A stretch of 63,425 nt of DNA, the filler included, from a bacterium (GTDB lineage Bacteria; JADJOY01): assembly GCA_046331705.1 (NCBI GenBank). It is 3 parts of 3 records of this genome, joined end to end, with 100 filler letters (N's around TTAATTAATTAA, not from the genome) between each part and the next. Parts side by side here need not be neighbours in the genome. Positions count along the whole stretch, not along the records: positions 22,565 to 44,988 come from JAXLQJ010000087.1; 2 more parts are not named here. One strand, given 5' to 3'. Each line of letters begins with the position of its first letter. The first letter of the stretch is position 1. A model generated the notes under the pieces. That model did no database searches and was not told the origin of the DNA. It saw nothing but the letters and a program-made list of their open reading frames with translations. A program made the translations under genes and the position numbers. Shown piece after piece: positions 28,659 through 37,823 of this stretch.

Positions 28659-30650
28659 TCAGTCGTGATCGGCAGCGAGCTTTTCCGGGCTACGAGCACT
28701 GACGAGCTCATGCGGAAGCGAGAGCCAGTTGAGCTTCCCTTCTCGATAGCCCACGAGCTGTCTTTGCGACCAATCACACGCGATCACCTGCTCGACCGGA
28801 AGGGTGATGGCTGGCCGGTTGCTGGGCTCCACTCGAGTCCACCCGCCTTGGGATAGAAACGCGGCACCATCACAGCCGAAGGGGGCGCGTTCCAGGTCGG
28901 GAGCGTGAGTCGGCGACTCTCCGAACAATGCCAGTGGCGGCGGCGAAGGAGGCTCGAAGGTGTGTGTCGAGCACCTGCCGAGGTCGAGGTCCAGGCCCGA
29001 CTCGAGGAGACCGGCGCTCGGGCAATCGATCACCTCGTCGACAGTCCCATCGAGGTGATCGCACGACGTCAGGATGCGCAAGCGATCGCGATCGAAACCG
29101 AGGCTCCGGATGGTACACGACGAGTCCAGCGGCAACATCTTGAATGTTTGCCGTTCCGGTGTCGTGATCTCGAGGACGAACAGTCCTTTGTCGACGAATT
29201 GGCTCGACACGGCGAGGCGCCGATCTCGGATCGCCGCCACGTGAACCTCGGAGGTCGAGAAAGCGGGTTGGTGAACGACCGCGGGACGGCTGTCGGCTGC
29301 GCTGGCGAAGATCTGGAGGCGATCGGGATCGGCGATCAACACCGAGCCGTCGATCCCGTACTGGACGACTGCCCCCTCGGTCGTCTTGGCCCCTCGCTCA
29401 GGACGCGACACCCAGCAGGCCTCCAGGCCTCGGTCTTCCGGGCACGACAGATAGGACCGGGACAATTGCGAGGGAAGGTGTCCGGCTTCATCCACCGTCT
29501 GGCGGAACACGAGCTCCCATCGGTTGGGTTCGACGCGACGGGCCGCTCGAACTCGCCCGGGGAACGCGCCCTTGACCAGGAACGACTGGATATCGTTGCC
29601 TGCCCTGCGGATCAGCTTCAGGCGGCCCTTGTGCTCGATCCAGCCGGACAGCACGAATGTGTCCGGACCGACACCCGTGACGCTGGGCGCTTCCTCGAAC
29701 TGTCCTTCCGGATCAGCCCAAACGGCGAAGGTCTGACGCTCGCGGAGCGCTTCCTCGGTTCGCTGAAAGTCGTGGATCTCCGCATCGAGCGAGTCTGCAA
29801 ACGGGTTCGTCGCGCGGTTCATCAGACAGTCCAGGAGATTGACGCTCAGCTTGCGACGGCGGAGGGAAAACGACTCGTATCCCTCACGCCCGGTGCACGC
29901 ATCGTCCGCCGGCTCGAAGTCGCGGATCTCGCCCCGCACTCGACCGATCAGGCTGTAGGCGTAATCCCAGCTCAGGCCGCCCTCGTGGGCGTCGACGATC
30001 AGCCTCCACGTCTCGCTTCCCTTTGCCGCGTGGCAGGCGAGAGCCGCGCCTCGCTCGTCGCACGCCATCTCCTCGGAGCCGCCGAGTACCGGTAGCGGGG
30101 CACAGCGGAGCGCATCGGCGTCCTTGGCCATGTGCCGTCTTCCCCCCTCCCCGCCTCGCTCCAAATGCCCGATCTCGTGGCCGAGAATGCTCTGCACCAA
30201 GAATCGGCCCGCCAGCGCAACCTCCACGCGGATCGGTGGCCCGAAGTAGTTTGCCCGCGCCAACCACTCCGCGAAGCCGGGGTTACAGACGATCGTATTG
30301 CTTCTGGGAATCGACCAGCACCGTGGCAGGGACGCGCTCCCGTCACAGGCATCGGCATCCCAGCTCGCTTTGGCCGCGCGGTCCGGAAAGATGAGATTGA
30401 CGGCGGAAGCGTCGTGCGCGCCGTTGAAGTTCCACTCGCGAGCATCGAGCTTCGCCGCCGGCAACAGGTCGCGGGTCAGGCTCTCGAGCAGTCCCTTGTC
30501 GAGAGCGCGCGAGCCGACGCTCGCGCGGCAGGCGTCGTAATCGAAAGCGGTCGCTACCTCGGCGACGTCGAGAACGACCCACGCGACCATCGCCACGACC
30601 GCGACGGCCGACCAGCGTCGGCTCTCGTCGACGAGCCGCGCGCACATCAC
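28659..30650 (-). CDS. Secreted HExxH zinc-metallopeptidase-like protein with a Cys-rich beta C-terminal region
   Basis: GTGA overlap with upstream stop; signal peptide; ILGHEIGH plus downstream EEMACDERG (gluzincin-like third ligand). Confidence 0.65.
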   Translation of the reverse strand: MMCARLVDESRRWSAVAVVAMVAWVVLDVAEVATAFDYDACRASVGSRALDKGLLESLTRDLLPAAKLDAREWNFNGAHDASAVNLIFPDRAAKASWDADACDGSASLPRCWSIPRSNTIVCNPGFAEWLARANYFGPPIRVEVALAGRFLVQSILGHEIGHLERGGEGGRRHMAKDADALRCAPLPVLGGSEEMACDERGAALACHAAKGSETWRLIVDAHEGGLSWDYAYSLIGRVRGEIRDFEPADDACTGREGYESFSLRRRKLSVNLLDCLMNRATNPFADSLDAEIHDFQRTEEALRERQTFAVWADPEGQFEEAPSVTGVGPDTFVLSGWIEHKGRLKLIRRAGNDIQSFLVKGAFPGRVRAARRVEPNRWELVFRQTVDEAGHLPSQLSRSYLSCPEDRGLEACWVSRPERGAKTTEGAVVQYGIDGSVLIADPDRLQIFASAADSRPAVVHQPAFSTSEVHVAAIRDRRLAVSSQFVDKGLFVLEITTPERQTFKMLPLDSSCTIRSLGFDRDRLRILTSCDHLDGTVDEVIDCPSAGLLESGLDLDLGRCSTHTFEPPSPPPLALFGESPTHAPDLERAPFGCDGAAFLSQGGWTRVEPSNRPAITLPVEQVIACDWSQRQLVGYREGKLNWLSLPHELVSARSPEKLAADHD

Positions 30651-31528
30651 GGACTGGCGCGCACGTCGGACACGAGGACCAGGGCGCCGAAGCCGCCCTT
30701 GCAGGATGCCATCAGCTCGGGCGGCACGACATCTTGGATGAACGCGCCCGTTGCGCGCTGGGCCAGGTAGAACGATGCCTGGAACCCGGTCTTGAGGCCC
30801 CATACAGCGGAGTGAGCCAACGGGTGTTCCCCTGCCTTCGTCGTCAGATCGTCCTTCGCCAAGGCTGTGTGGGTGGGAGCTCCCGACGGACACCGCTTCG
30901 GCAGTCCGATGGGCCACGTGCCCGACACGAGCCCTCGGCTTTGCAGCTCGTGAAGGCGGGTCTTGCCAGCAGTCGTCCACAACGGAACGATCGGCAATGC
31001 GGACTCGAGAGGATCCCCGGGCGGCGCGCTGCCGTCCATGAGCTCCACGTAGTTCGAGTGGGCGTAGAAGTCTTGGAGTGTGTGGAGCGCGCGTCCGAGC
31101 GCGAGCAGAGCCTGACGACGGGCACCTGAGTCTTTCAACGCCATCTGCCCTTGCTCGCGCACGACCGTGACCATCTCGTCGACGAACTCGGCGCCGTCGT
31201 CGAAAGCGCAGTTGTCGAAGTGCACCCGGGACTCGGGCTGGAGGAAGATGTCCTGCAGCCAGTGCCCGCGGTCGATCAGCCCCGTGCACTCGGCATCCGC
31301 AACCTTGGAGAGCTTTTCATGGTAGGTGAGCACGAAGCGCTTCGTCTCGTCCGCAGGCCCTACCAGCAGGATGCGATCGCCTACGCCCTGCGAAACGCGC
31401 CGTTCGATGCCGGTGTACTCGAGATCGGCCTGCGCGGAGCCGCTTCCGGGGCCAGCAGCGTGCGCTGTGACGGATGCGACGCAAACGCACAAGCAAGCCG
31501 CGTGCAATGGACGCAACCGGTTTGACAC
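30647..31528 (-). CDS. Secreted HET-C / VWA7-N-terminal-like protein (Zn phospholipase C / S1-P1 superfamily)
   Basis: AAGGAGGT RBS and GTG start; signal peptide; HFDN, LGRALHTLQDFYAHSNYVEL, HTALAKD. Confidence 0.75.
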   Translation of the reverse strand: MSNRLRPLHAACLCVCVASVTAHAAGPGSGSAQADLEYTGIERRVSQGVGDRILLVGPADETKRFVLTYHEKLSKVADAECTGLIDRGHWLQDIFLQPESRVHFDNCAFDDGAEFVDEMVTVVREQGQMALKDSGARRQALLALGRALHTLQDFYAHSNYVELMDGSAPPGDPLESALPIVPLWTTAGKTRLHELQSRGLVSGTWPIGLPKRCPSGAPTHTALAKDDLTTKAGEHPLAHSAVWGLKTGFQASFYLAQRATGAFIQDVVPPELMASCKGGFGALVLVSDVRASP

Positions 31529-31706
31529 GAAGACCTCCTTGAACGTGCGGCTCCCGCACCAGAGTCGGTCCGCCCCGGCAGTTCTACTGATCTCGAAGGC
31601 AGGGCGCAATCGCGCGTGCGCCGCGAGTGCCGAATTCGGGTTGACTGCGATCCCGGCGCCGCCTGCGGCGCGAAGGCGCGGTGATGGAGGCTGGATCTCG
31701 CCGGCG

Positions 31707-32096
31707 TCAGCCGCCGATCCAGCCGGTCCGGAAGCAGATCACGAGACCGACGACCCAGACGGCGAGATAGCTCAGCGGGCCGAGGATCCATGCGACGGGC
31801 TTTCGGCGACGCACGAGGTCGCGACTCACCACGCCGAGCGTCGCCAGCGCCGACGGCGACAGCAGCAAGAAGGGAGTCACGAGGGCCCGCACCTCGCGCG
31901 GGACCACGAAGGCGAGGCCGAGGAATACGACGCCGAGGAGCGCGAGCCCGACTCCCCAATATCTCCACTGCTCGCGCGGACGCGGACGCATCCCGAGGAA
32001 CGTGAACACGATGGGTGCCACGCCCATGAAGACGATCTTGACGACGAGCTCGCCCACGACTCCGGTTCCTCGGGTCCCCGCGCGGTGGAGGCCCAT
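31707..32096 (-). CDS. Small hypothetical membrane protein
   Basis: Four hydrophobic segments in 129 aa. Confidence 0.5.
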   Translation of the reverse strand: MGLHRAGTRGTGVVGELVVKIVFMGVAPIVFTFLGMRPRPREQWRYWGVGLALLGVVFLGLAFVVPREVRALVTPFLLLSPSALATLGVVSRDLVRRRKPVAWILGPLSYLAVWVVGLVICFRTGWIGG

Positions 32097-32276
32097 TCAT
32101 CCCACACTTCGGCACGGAAGGCGATCGTCGCCCCGTATGCCCCGCAACGGAGGCCGCGGCGGCTAGCGATGGCTCGCTGCGCCGAAGGACTGTCGCCGCT
32201 CGAATCGCGCTTTGGTCGCGAGACGGGTGGCGACGGCGGCTGTTACGTTGCCGTTCTCGCTCGCGTGAGGGGTGCG

Positions 32277-32540
32277 ATGCAGCCGGTCAAGATCTACACG
32301 TCGGATTGGTGCGGTTTCTGTACCGCCGCCAAGCAGCTTCTGAAGACGCGCGGCATCGCGTTCGAGGAGATCGACACCTCGGGCAACGACGAGCTGCGGG
32401 CATGGTTGCGACAGACCACCGGTCGTCGCACGGTGCCGCAGATCTTCATCGGCGAGCGCGCCGTCGGCGGCTACGAGGAGCTGCGAATGCTGGACATCGA
32501 GGGCAAGCTCGGGAAGCTCGTCGCCGGCGAGGACGCGTGA
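32277..32540 (+). CDS. grxC: Glutaredoxin 3 family
   Basis: WCGFC, TGRRTVPQIFIG, VGGYEEL. Confidence 0.88.
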   Translation: MQPVKIYTSDWCGFCTAAKQLLKTRGIAFEEIDTSGNDELRAWLRQTTGRRTVPQIFIGERAVGGYEELRMLDIEGKLGKLVAGEDA

Positions 32541-33493
32541 TGCGGGTGCTGGTCACGGGCGGCGCGGGTTTCATCGGCTCCCATCTGGTCGAGCGGCTGC
32601 TCGCCGACGGCCATTTCGTGCGGGTGCTCGACGACTTCTCGACGGGCAAGCGCGGCAACCTGGAGCTCGTGAGCGCCGGCGCGCCCGCGGGTTGCTTCGA
32701 GCTGATCGAGGGCTCGCTGGTCGATCTCGACACCTGTCGGCGCGCGGTCGAGGGAGTCGACGGCGTGCTGCACCAGGCGGCGCTGCCGAGCGTGCCGCGC
32801 TCGGTGCGCGATCCCCTCGGATCCAACGCCGCCAACGTCGACGGCACGCTCAACCTGTTGGTGGCGGCGCGCGACGCCAAGGTGCGGCGCATGGTGCAGG
32901 CCTCGTCGTCGTCGGTCTACGGCAACTCACCGACGCTGCCGAAGCACGAGGGCATGCCCACGAATCCGCGTTCGCCGTACGCGCTCACCAAGCTCGCGGG
33001 CGAGGTCTACGCGCGGCTCTTCTTCGAGCTCTACGGGCTCGAAACGGTGTGTCTGCGCTACTTCAACGTGTTCGGTCCGCGCCAGGATCCGTCGTCGCAG
33101 TACGCGGCGGTGATCCCGAAGTTCGTGTTCGCGCTGCTCGACGGCAACCCGCCCGAGATCCACGGCGACGGCGGGCAGACCCGCGACTTCACGTACATCG
33201 CCAACGTGGTGGACGCGAACCTGCGCGCGCTCGAGGCGCCCAAGGCCGCTGGCGAAGCGATGAACGTCGCGGCGGGCACGCGCACCAGCCTGCTCGAGAT
33301 GCTGGCGCACATCCAGCAGATCCTCGGCACCAGCATCGCGCCCAAGCACGTGGAGTCGCGCGCAGGCGACGTGCGGGACTCCCTCGCGGACCTCACCAAG
33401 GTGAGCCAGCTCACGGGATACGCGCCCAAGATCGGCTTGCGCGAGGGGCTCGAGCGGTACGTGGCGTGGGCGCGCTCCGTGCGCGACGCGTGA
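32540..33493 (+). CDS. NAD-dependent epimerase (UDP-GlcNAc/Glc 4-epimerase, WbpP/TviC-like)
   Basis: TGGAGFIGS, HQAALPSVPRS, SSSSVYG, YALTK, RYFNVFGPRQDP, GDGGQTRDFTY. Confidence 0.93.
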   Translation: MRVLVTGGAGFIGSHLVERLLADGHFVRVLDDFSTGKRGNLELVSAGAPAGCFELIEGSLVDLDTCRRAVEGVDGVLHQAALPSVPRSVRDPLGSNAANVDGTLNLLVAARDAKVRRMVQASSSSVYGNSPTLPKHEGMPTNPRSPYALTKLAGEVYARLFFELYGLETVCLRYFNVFGPRQDPSSQYAAVIPKFVFALLDGNPPEIHGDGGQTRDFTYIANVVDANLRALEAPKAAGEAMNVAAGTRTSLLEMLAHIQQILGTSIAPKHVESRAGDVRDSLADLTKVSQLTGYAPKIGLREGLERYVAWARSVRDA

Positions 33494-33589
33494 CGGCGCG
33501 CGCCGAGCGCGGGGAGCGCGTCGGACAGGTGTGACGCTCGCCCCGTGAGGCCGGCGCGGGTGGTGCCGCTGGGGCACCGGCGCGCGCGG

Positions 33590-35995
33590 CTACGCCGTTC
33601 GCGGCGCGTCGAGAATCGCGCGGACCAGCGACAGCATCTCGTGCGGTCGGCTCGGCTTCTGGAGGTAGTGATAGCCGCTCTCGTCGCCGAGCTTGCGGCT
33701 CGCCAGCGCGGGGCTGTATCCGCTCGTCAGGATCACCTCGAGACCGGGTGCCCGCGACCGCAACGCGGCGGCGAGCTCGAGGCCTGACATGTCCTCCGGC
33801 ATCACCATGTCGGTGATCAACAGGTCGATCTTGCCCGCGTGCTCGTCCCAGACACGAAGAGCGGCGGGACCGGAGGCGGCCTCGATCACCCGGTAGCCGT
33901 GTTGCACCAGCAGCCGCGCCAGGATGCGGCGCATGTCGCGCTCGTCCTCGACGATCAGCACCGTCTCCTGGCCGCACAGCTTCGCGGTGGACGGGATCGG
34001 CGTGTCCCCCGCCGAGACGACGGCATCGAAGCGCGGCAGCAGGACGTCGAAGGTCGTTCCGTGCCCCACCTCGCTCTTCACGCGCACGGTGCCGCGGTGC
34101 TGGTGGACGATCCCGGACACGGTCGCCAGCCCGAGGCCGGTTCCCTTGCCGAGCTCCTTGGTGGTGAAGAACGGCTCGAAGATGTGCGCTAGGTCCCCGG
34201 GCGCGATCCCGCAGCCGGTGTCGGTCACGCGGATGCGCGCGTACTCGCCGGGGGAACCGTCGGCGAGGGCGCGCGCGGCCGCGTCGTCCACCATCTCGGT
34301 GGCGGTCTCGACCAGCAAGCGCCCGCCGCTGGGCATCGCATCGCGCGCGTTGATGGCCAGGTTCATGAGCACCTGCTCGATCATGCCCGCGTCCCCGTTC
34401 ACCACCAGCGCGCCCGGGTGCAGGCACAGCTCGAGCCCGATGTCCTCGCCGAGGAGGCGCGACAGCATCTTCGCCAGGTCGCCGACCACCACGTTCACGT
34501 CGATGGGCTTGATCTGCATGACCTGCCGACGGCTGAACGCGAGCAGCTGGCGGGTGAGGTCGGCGGCGCGCTCGAGCGCGCGGGTCATGTCGTCGGTTCG
34601 CTCGCGGACCTCGCCGGATGCGGTGGGATGGCTCGACACCTCCTCGGTGAGCATCATCAGCGCGCCCAGGATGTTGTTGAAGTCGTGCGCGACGCCGCCC
34701 GCCAAGCGGCCGATGGCTTCGAGCTTCTGCGCCTGGATGAACTGCTCTTCGGCGCGGCGTCGATCGGTGACGTCGGCCGCCACGCCGACGCGCCGCTCGA
34801 CCCGTCCGGACGCGTCGCGCACCTCCGTGCCGCGGTCTTCGATCCAGCGGATCGAGCCGTCCTTGCCCACGATCCGGTACTCCGCCTCGAAGGAACCGCT
34901 CGCCCACATCGATTCGAGGGCACGCCGCAGGCGCTCCTGGTCCTCGTGATGGACCGCGTCCATCCAGCTCGCAGGGTCGGCGTAGAGGCTCTCGCAGGAG
35001 TGCCCCCAGATTCGTTCGTAGCTGGGGCTGACGTAGAGCACCGCGGTATGGCTCGCATCGGTCATCCAGAAGACCTCCTGGATGTTCTCGACCACCTGCC
35101 GGAATCGCGCCTCGCTCTCGCGCAGCGCGCGCTCGGCGAGGTGGCGCTCCGTCACGTCCTGGTTCGCGCCGTAGGTGCGGACCACGCGTCCGGCGGCGTC
35201 GCGCTCGACGCGGATCTCGACGTGCATGACGCCGCTCGAGCCGTCGGCGCGGCGAATCGCATGCTCGAGACAATGGCGATAGTTCCCGTTCCGCGCCGCG
35301 CGCGCGGCCTCGATCTCGCTTCTCACCAGCTGAGCGGAATCCGGGGGGAGGAAGCGTCGCGCGTACTCGTCGGGCGACATCGTGCCGCCGCCCTCGCGCT
35401 CCGCGGAGGTCCCGAAGATCCGGAAGAAGTCGTCGTCGAAGGCGAAGCGGTCGGTCGCGACGTCGTATTCCCAGTAGCCGAGCTTGGCGATGTCCATCGC
35501 GAGCGTGAGCTTGGAGTTGGTGTTGCGTAGCTCGTGCTCCGCGCGGAGTCGCTCGGTGATGTCCTGGACCTGAGAAAAGAACTGCAAGGGCCGGCGGTTC
35601 GCGTCGCGCACGAGCGAGACGTGAAGCTCCGCCAAGCGGATGGTGCCGTCCGGTCGCAGATAGCGCTTCACGAGCTCGTACGAGTCGGCCTCGCCGGCGA
35701 GCAGGCGCTTCACCTGCGCGAGGTCGGGAGCGAGGTCGTCGGGATGCGTGAGCGACTGGAAATCTCGGGCGAGGAGCGCCTCGCGCGAGTAGCCGAGCAT
35801 CTCGCACAACGCGGGATTGACGCTCAGGAAACGCCCGTCGGTGGCGACGATCGCCATCCCGATGGGAGAGCTCTCCATCGCTGCGCGAAAACGCGCCTCG
35901 CTCGCGGCCAGCGCTTGCTCGAGCTGGCCCGCGTTGCGCAGCGCCTCGTCGAGCGAGGTGCCGAATGACGAGTGGCGATCCGCGAAATCCTGCAT
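33590..35995 (-). CDS. Cytoplasmic hybrid histidine kinase (3 PAS-HisKA-HATPase-REC)
   Basis: Three PAS/PAC units, [38 protein letters not shown]. Confidence 0.93.
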   Translation of the reverse strand: MQDFADRHSSFGTSLDEALRNAGQLEQALAASEARFRAAMESSPIGMAIVATDGRFLSVNPALCEMLGYSREALLARDFQSLTHPDDLAPDLAQVKRLLAGEADSYELVKRYLRPDGTIRLAELHVSLVRDANRRPLQFFSQVQDITERLRAEHELRNTNSKLTLAMDIAKLGYWEYDVATDRFAFDDDFFRIFGTSAEREGGGTMSPDEYARRFLPPDSAQLVRSEIEAARAARNGNYRHCLEHAIRRADGSSGVMHVEIRVERDAAGRVVRTYGANQDVTERHLAERALRESEARFRQVVENIQEVFWMTDASHTAVLYVSPSYERIWGHSCESLYADPASWMDAVHHEDQERLRRALESMWASGSFEAEYRIVGKDGSIRWIEDRGTEVRDASGRVERRVGVAADVTDRRRAEEQFIQAQKLEAIGRLAGGVAHDFNNILGALMMLTEEVSSHPTASGEVRERTDDMTRALERAADLTRQLLAFSRRQVMQIKPIDVNVVVGDLAKMLSRLLGEDIGLELCLHPGALVVNGDAGMIEQVLMNLAINARDAMPSGGRLLVETATEMVDDAAARALADGSPGEYARIRVTDTGCGIAPGDLAHIFEPFFTTKELGKGTGLGLATVSGIVHQHRGTVRVKSEVGHGTTFDVLLPRFDAVVSAGDTPIPSTAKLCGQETVLIVEDERDMRRILARLLVQHGYRVIEAASGPAALRVWDEHAGKIDLLITDMVMPEDMSGLELAAALRSRAPGLEVILTSGYSPALASRKLGDESGYHYLQKPSRPHEMLSLVRAILDAPRTA

Positions 35996-36203
35996 GGGTA
36001 TGGCCTACTCGTGGAGCGCGACCATCCACTCGATCGGCCGTGACCGATCGTCGACGTCATCCGATCGACGTCGATAAAATGCCGTCGATCCTCCGGGAAA
36101 ACAACTCGAATCGTCCGAGCGGCCATGGTCACCGCGCGGGGTGGTCCGTGGGCGCCACTCTCGTCCGGATACCGCGCGACTGCGGGAGCGCGGTCCGCGA
36201 CGC

Positions 36204-37823
36204 TCAGAGCACGCCGCGGGTGGTCCAGGAGGCGAGGGCGGCTTCCGAGCGCTCGACCTCGGTGGCGGTGCGTGCGGCGTTCCAGCCCAGCTCGTTCGCG
36301 AGGATCGGCGCCACCTTCGCGACGAGCGCGCCGGCGAGCGCGGGCTGCCACATGCCCACGCGCGCCCGCCTGAGCAGCAGGTCGTCGAGCCGCACCACGC
36401 CGCCGAAGCGGACGTGCGCGCGCACCTCGGCGGCGCTCAAGTCGGACTCGGGCAACAGCGGATCGAGCTCGGCGCGGTGGGCGCCGGCGCACGCGATCCA
36501 GGCGCGGGCGCCGAGTCGGCGCGCCATCGCGCCGCCGATCGTGGCGCTCAAACCATGTGCCGCGATCAGCGCACCGTCGAGGTCGCGGGGCGCCAGGCCC
36601 ACGAGTGGCGTTCCGTCGGTGCGGCACGGGCCGGCCATGCGGGCGCGTTCGTCCGGCAGGAGGTCGAGGGCGGCATCCACCGCTTCGGCGGCGGTGGTGC
36701 GCCAGGTCGTGAGCTTGCCGCCCGCCACCGAGAGCAGGCGCCGCTCTTCCCAGATCGCTTCCTCACGGGTTGCTTCGGAAGGATTGTCCGCGTGCGTGTC
36801 GAGGATCGGCCGGAGGCCCGAGTACGTCGCGATCACGTCGGCGGCGCTCAGGTTGCGATCCGGAAACTGCGCTTGCACCGCGCGCAGGATGTAATCGGCC
36901 TCGTCGCGGCTGGGCCGCGGATCGTCGAGATCGCCGTCGTGGTAGAGATCGGTGGTGCCGGCGAGGACGCCCTCGGGATGCGGCACCACGAAGAGCGGAC
37001 GGCCGTCGTCGGGAGAGATGAAGCCGACCGCGGAGCGGACCGGCAATCGGTCGTGGTCGAAGATCAGGTGCGAGCCTCGCGAGGGTCGCACGCGCCGCCC
37101 TTCGAGGCCGAAGCGTTCGCGCAGCCGATCGGTCCAATGGCCCGTGGCGTTCACGACCACGTGGGCGCGCGCCTCGTGCTCGGCGCCAGTCTCCAGGTCG
37201 CGCAGCCGCACTCCCGCGACGCGGCCCTCGGCGTCGTCGATCCCGGCGATCACCTCCGCGCGGGTGAGCGCCAAGCCGCCGAACGCGAGACCGGTGGCGG
37301 CAACGGCGAGCGTCAGGCGCGCGTCGTCGGTGCGCGCGTCGGCGTAGGCGAGGGTGCGATCGAGGCCCTTGAGGTCGATTCCGGGCGCTTGCGCCGCCAG
37401 CTCGTCCGCGTCGAGCCGCGTGTGCTTCTCGGGGCGGCTGGTGAGGCGGTCGTACATCCACAACCCGAGGTCGACGGTCCACCCCGGCATCTTGTCGCCG
37501 CGCCGCGCGGGGTAGAGGAAGCGGATCGGATCCACGAGGTGGGGGTTCAGGTCCACCATCCGGTCGCGTTCCGCGCACGAGAGTCGAGTCACCCGGAACT
37601 GCATCTGCTTCAGGTAGCGCAGCCCGCCGTGGACGAGCTTCGACGAGCGCGACGAGGTGCCGGACGCGATGTCGTTCGACTCGACGAGGAGCACGCGCAG
37701 CCCTCGTTGCGCGGCGTCGAGCAAGATGCCCGAGCCCGTGATGCCGCCGCCGACGACGATCAGATCGAAAGGGCCCGCCGCGAGCGCCGCGAGCGCTCGC
37801 TCACGCCAACCGGGATGGAACAT
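36204..37823 (-). CDS. glpD: FAD-dependent glycerol-3-phosphate dehydrogenase/oxidase
   Basis: VVGGGITG, ASGTSSRSSKLVHGGLRYL, DDARL, VNATG, GLRP, GGKLTTWR. Confidence 0.9.
   Translation of the reverse strand: MFHPGWRERALAALAAGPFDLIVVGGGITGSGILLDAAQRGLRVLLVESNDIASGTSSRSSKLVHGGLRYLKQMQFRVTRLSCAERDRMVDLNPHLVDPIRFLYPARRGDKMPGWTVDLGLWMYDRLTSRPEKHTRLDADELAAQAPGIDLKGLDRTLAYADARTDDARLTLAVAATGLAFGGLALTRAEVIAGIDDAEGRVAGVRLRDLETGAEHEARAHVVVNATGHWTDRLRERFGLEGRRVRPSRGSHLIFDHDRLPVRSAVGFISPDDGRPLFVVPHPEGVLAGTTDLYHDGDLDDPRPSRDEADYILRAVQAQFPDRNLSAADVIATYSGLRPILDTHADNPSEATREEAIWEERRLLSVAGGKLTTWRTTAAEAVDAALDLLPDERARMAGPCRTDGTPLVGLAPRDLDGALIAAHGLSATIGGAMARRLGARAWIACAGAHRAELDPLLPESDLSAAEVRAHVRFGGVVRLDDLLLRRARVGMWQPALAGALVAKVAPILANELGWNAARTATEVERSEAALASWTTRGVL

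Noticed and set aside
36040-36076. ATCGACGTCGAT palindrome and CCGATCG repeats upstream of the PAS kinase
   Set aside because: TCGA/CGATCG words are very frequent throughout this sequence, so this is not distinguishable from background.
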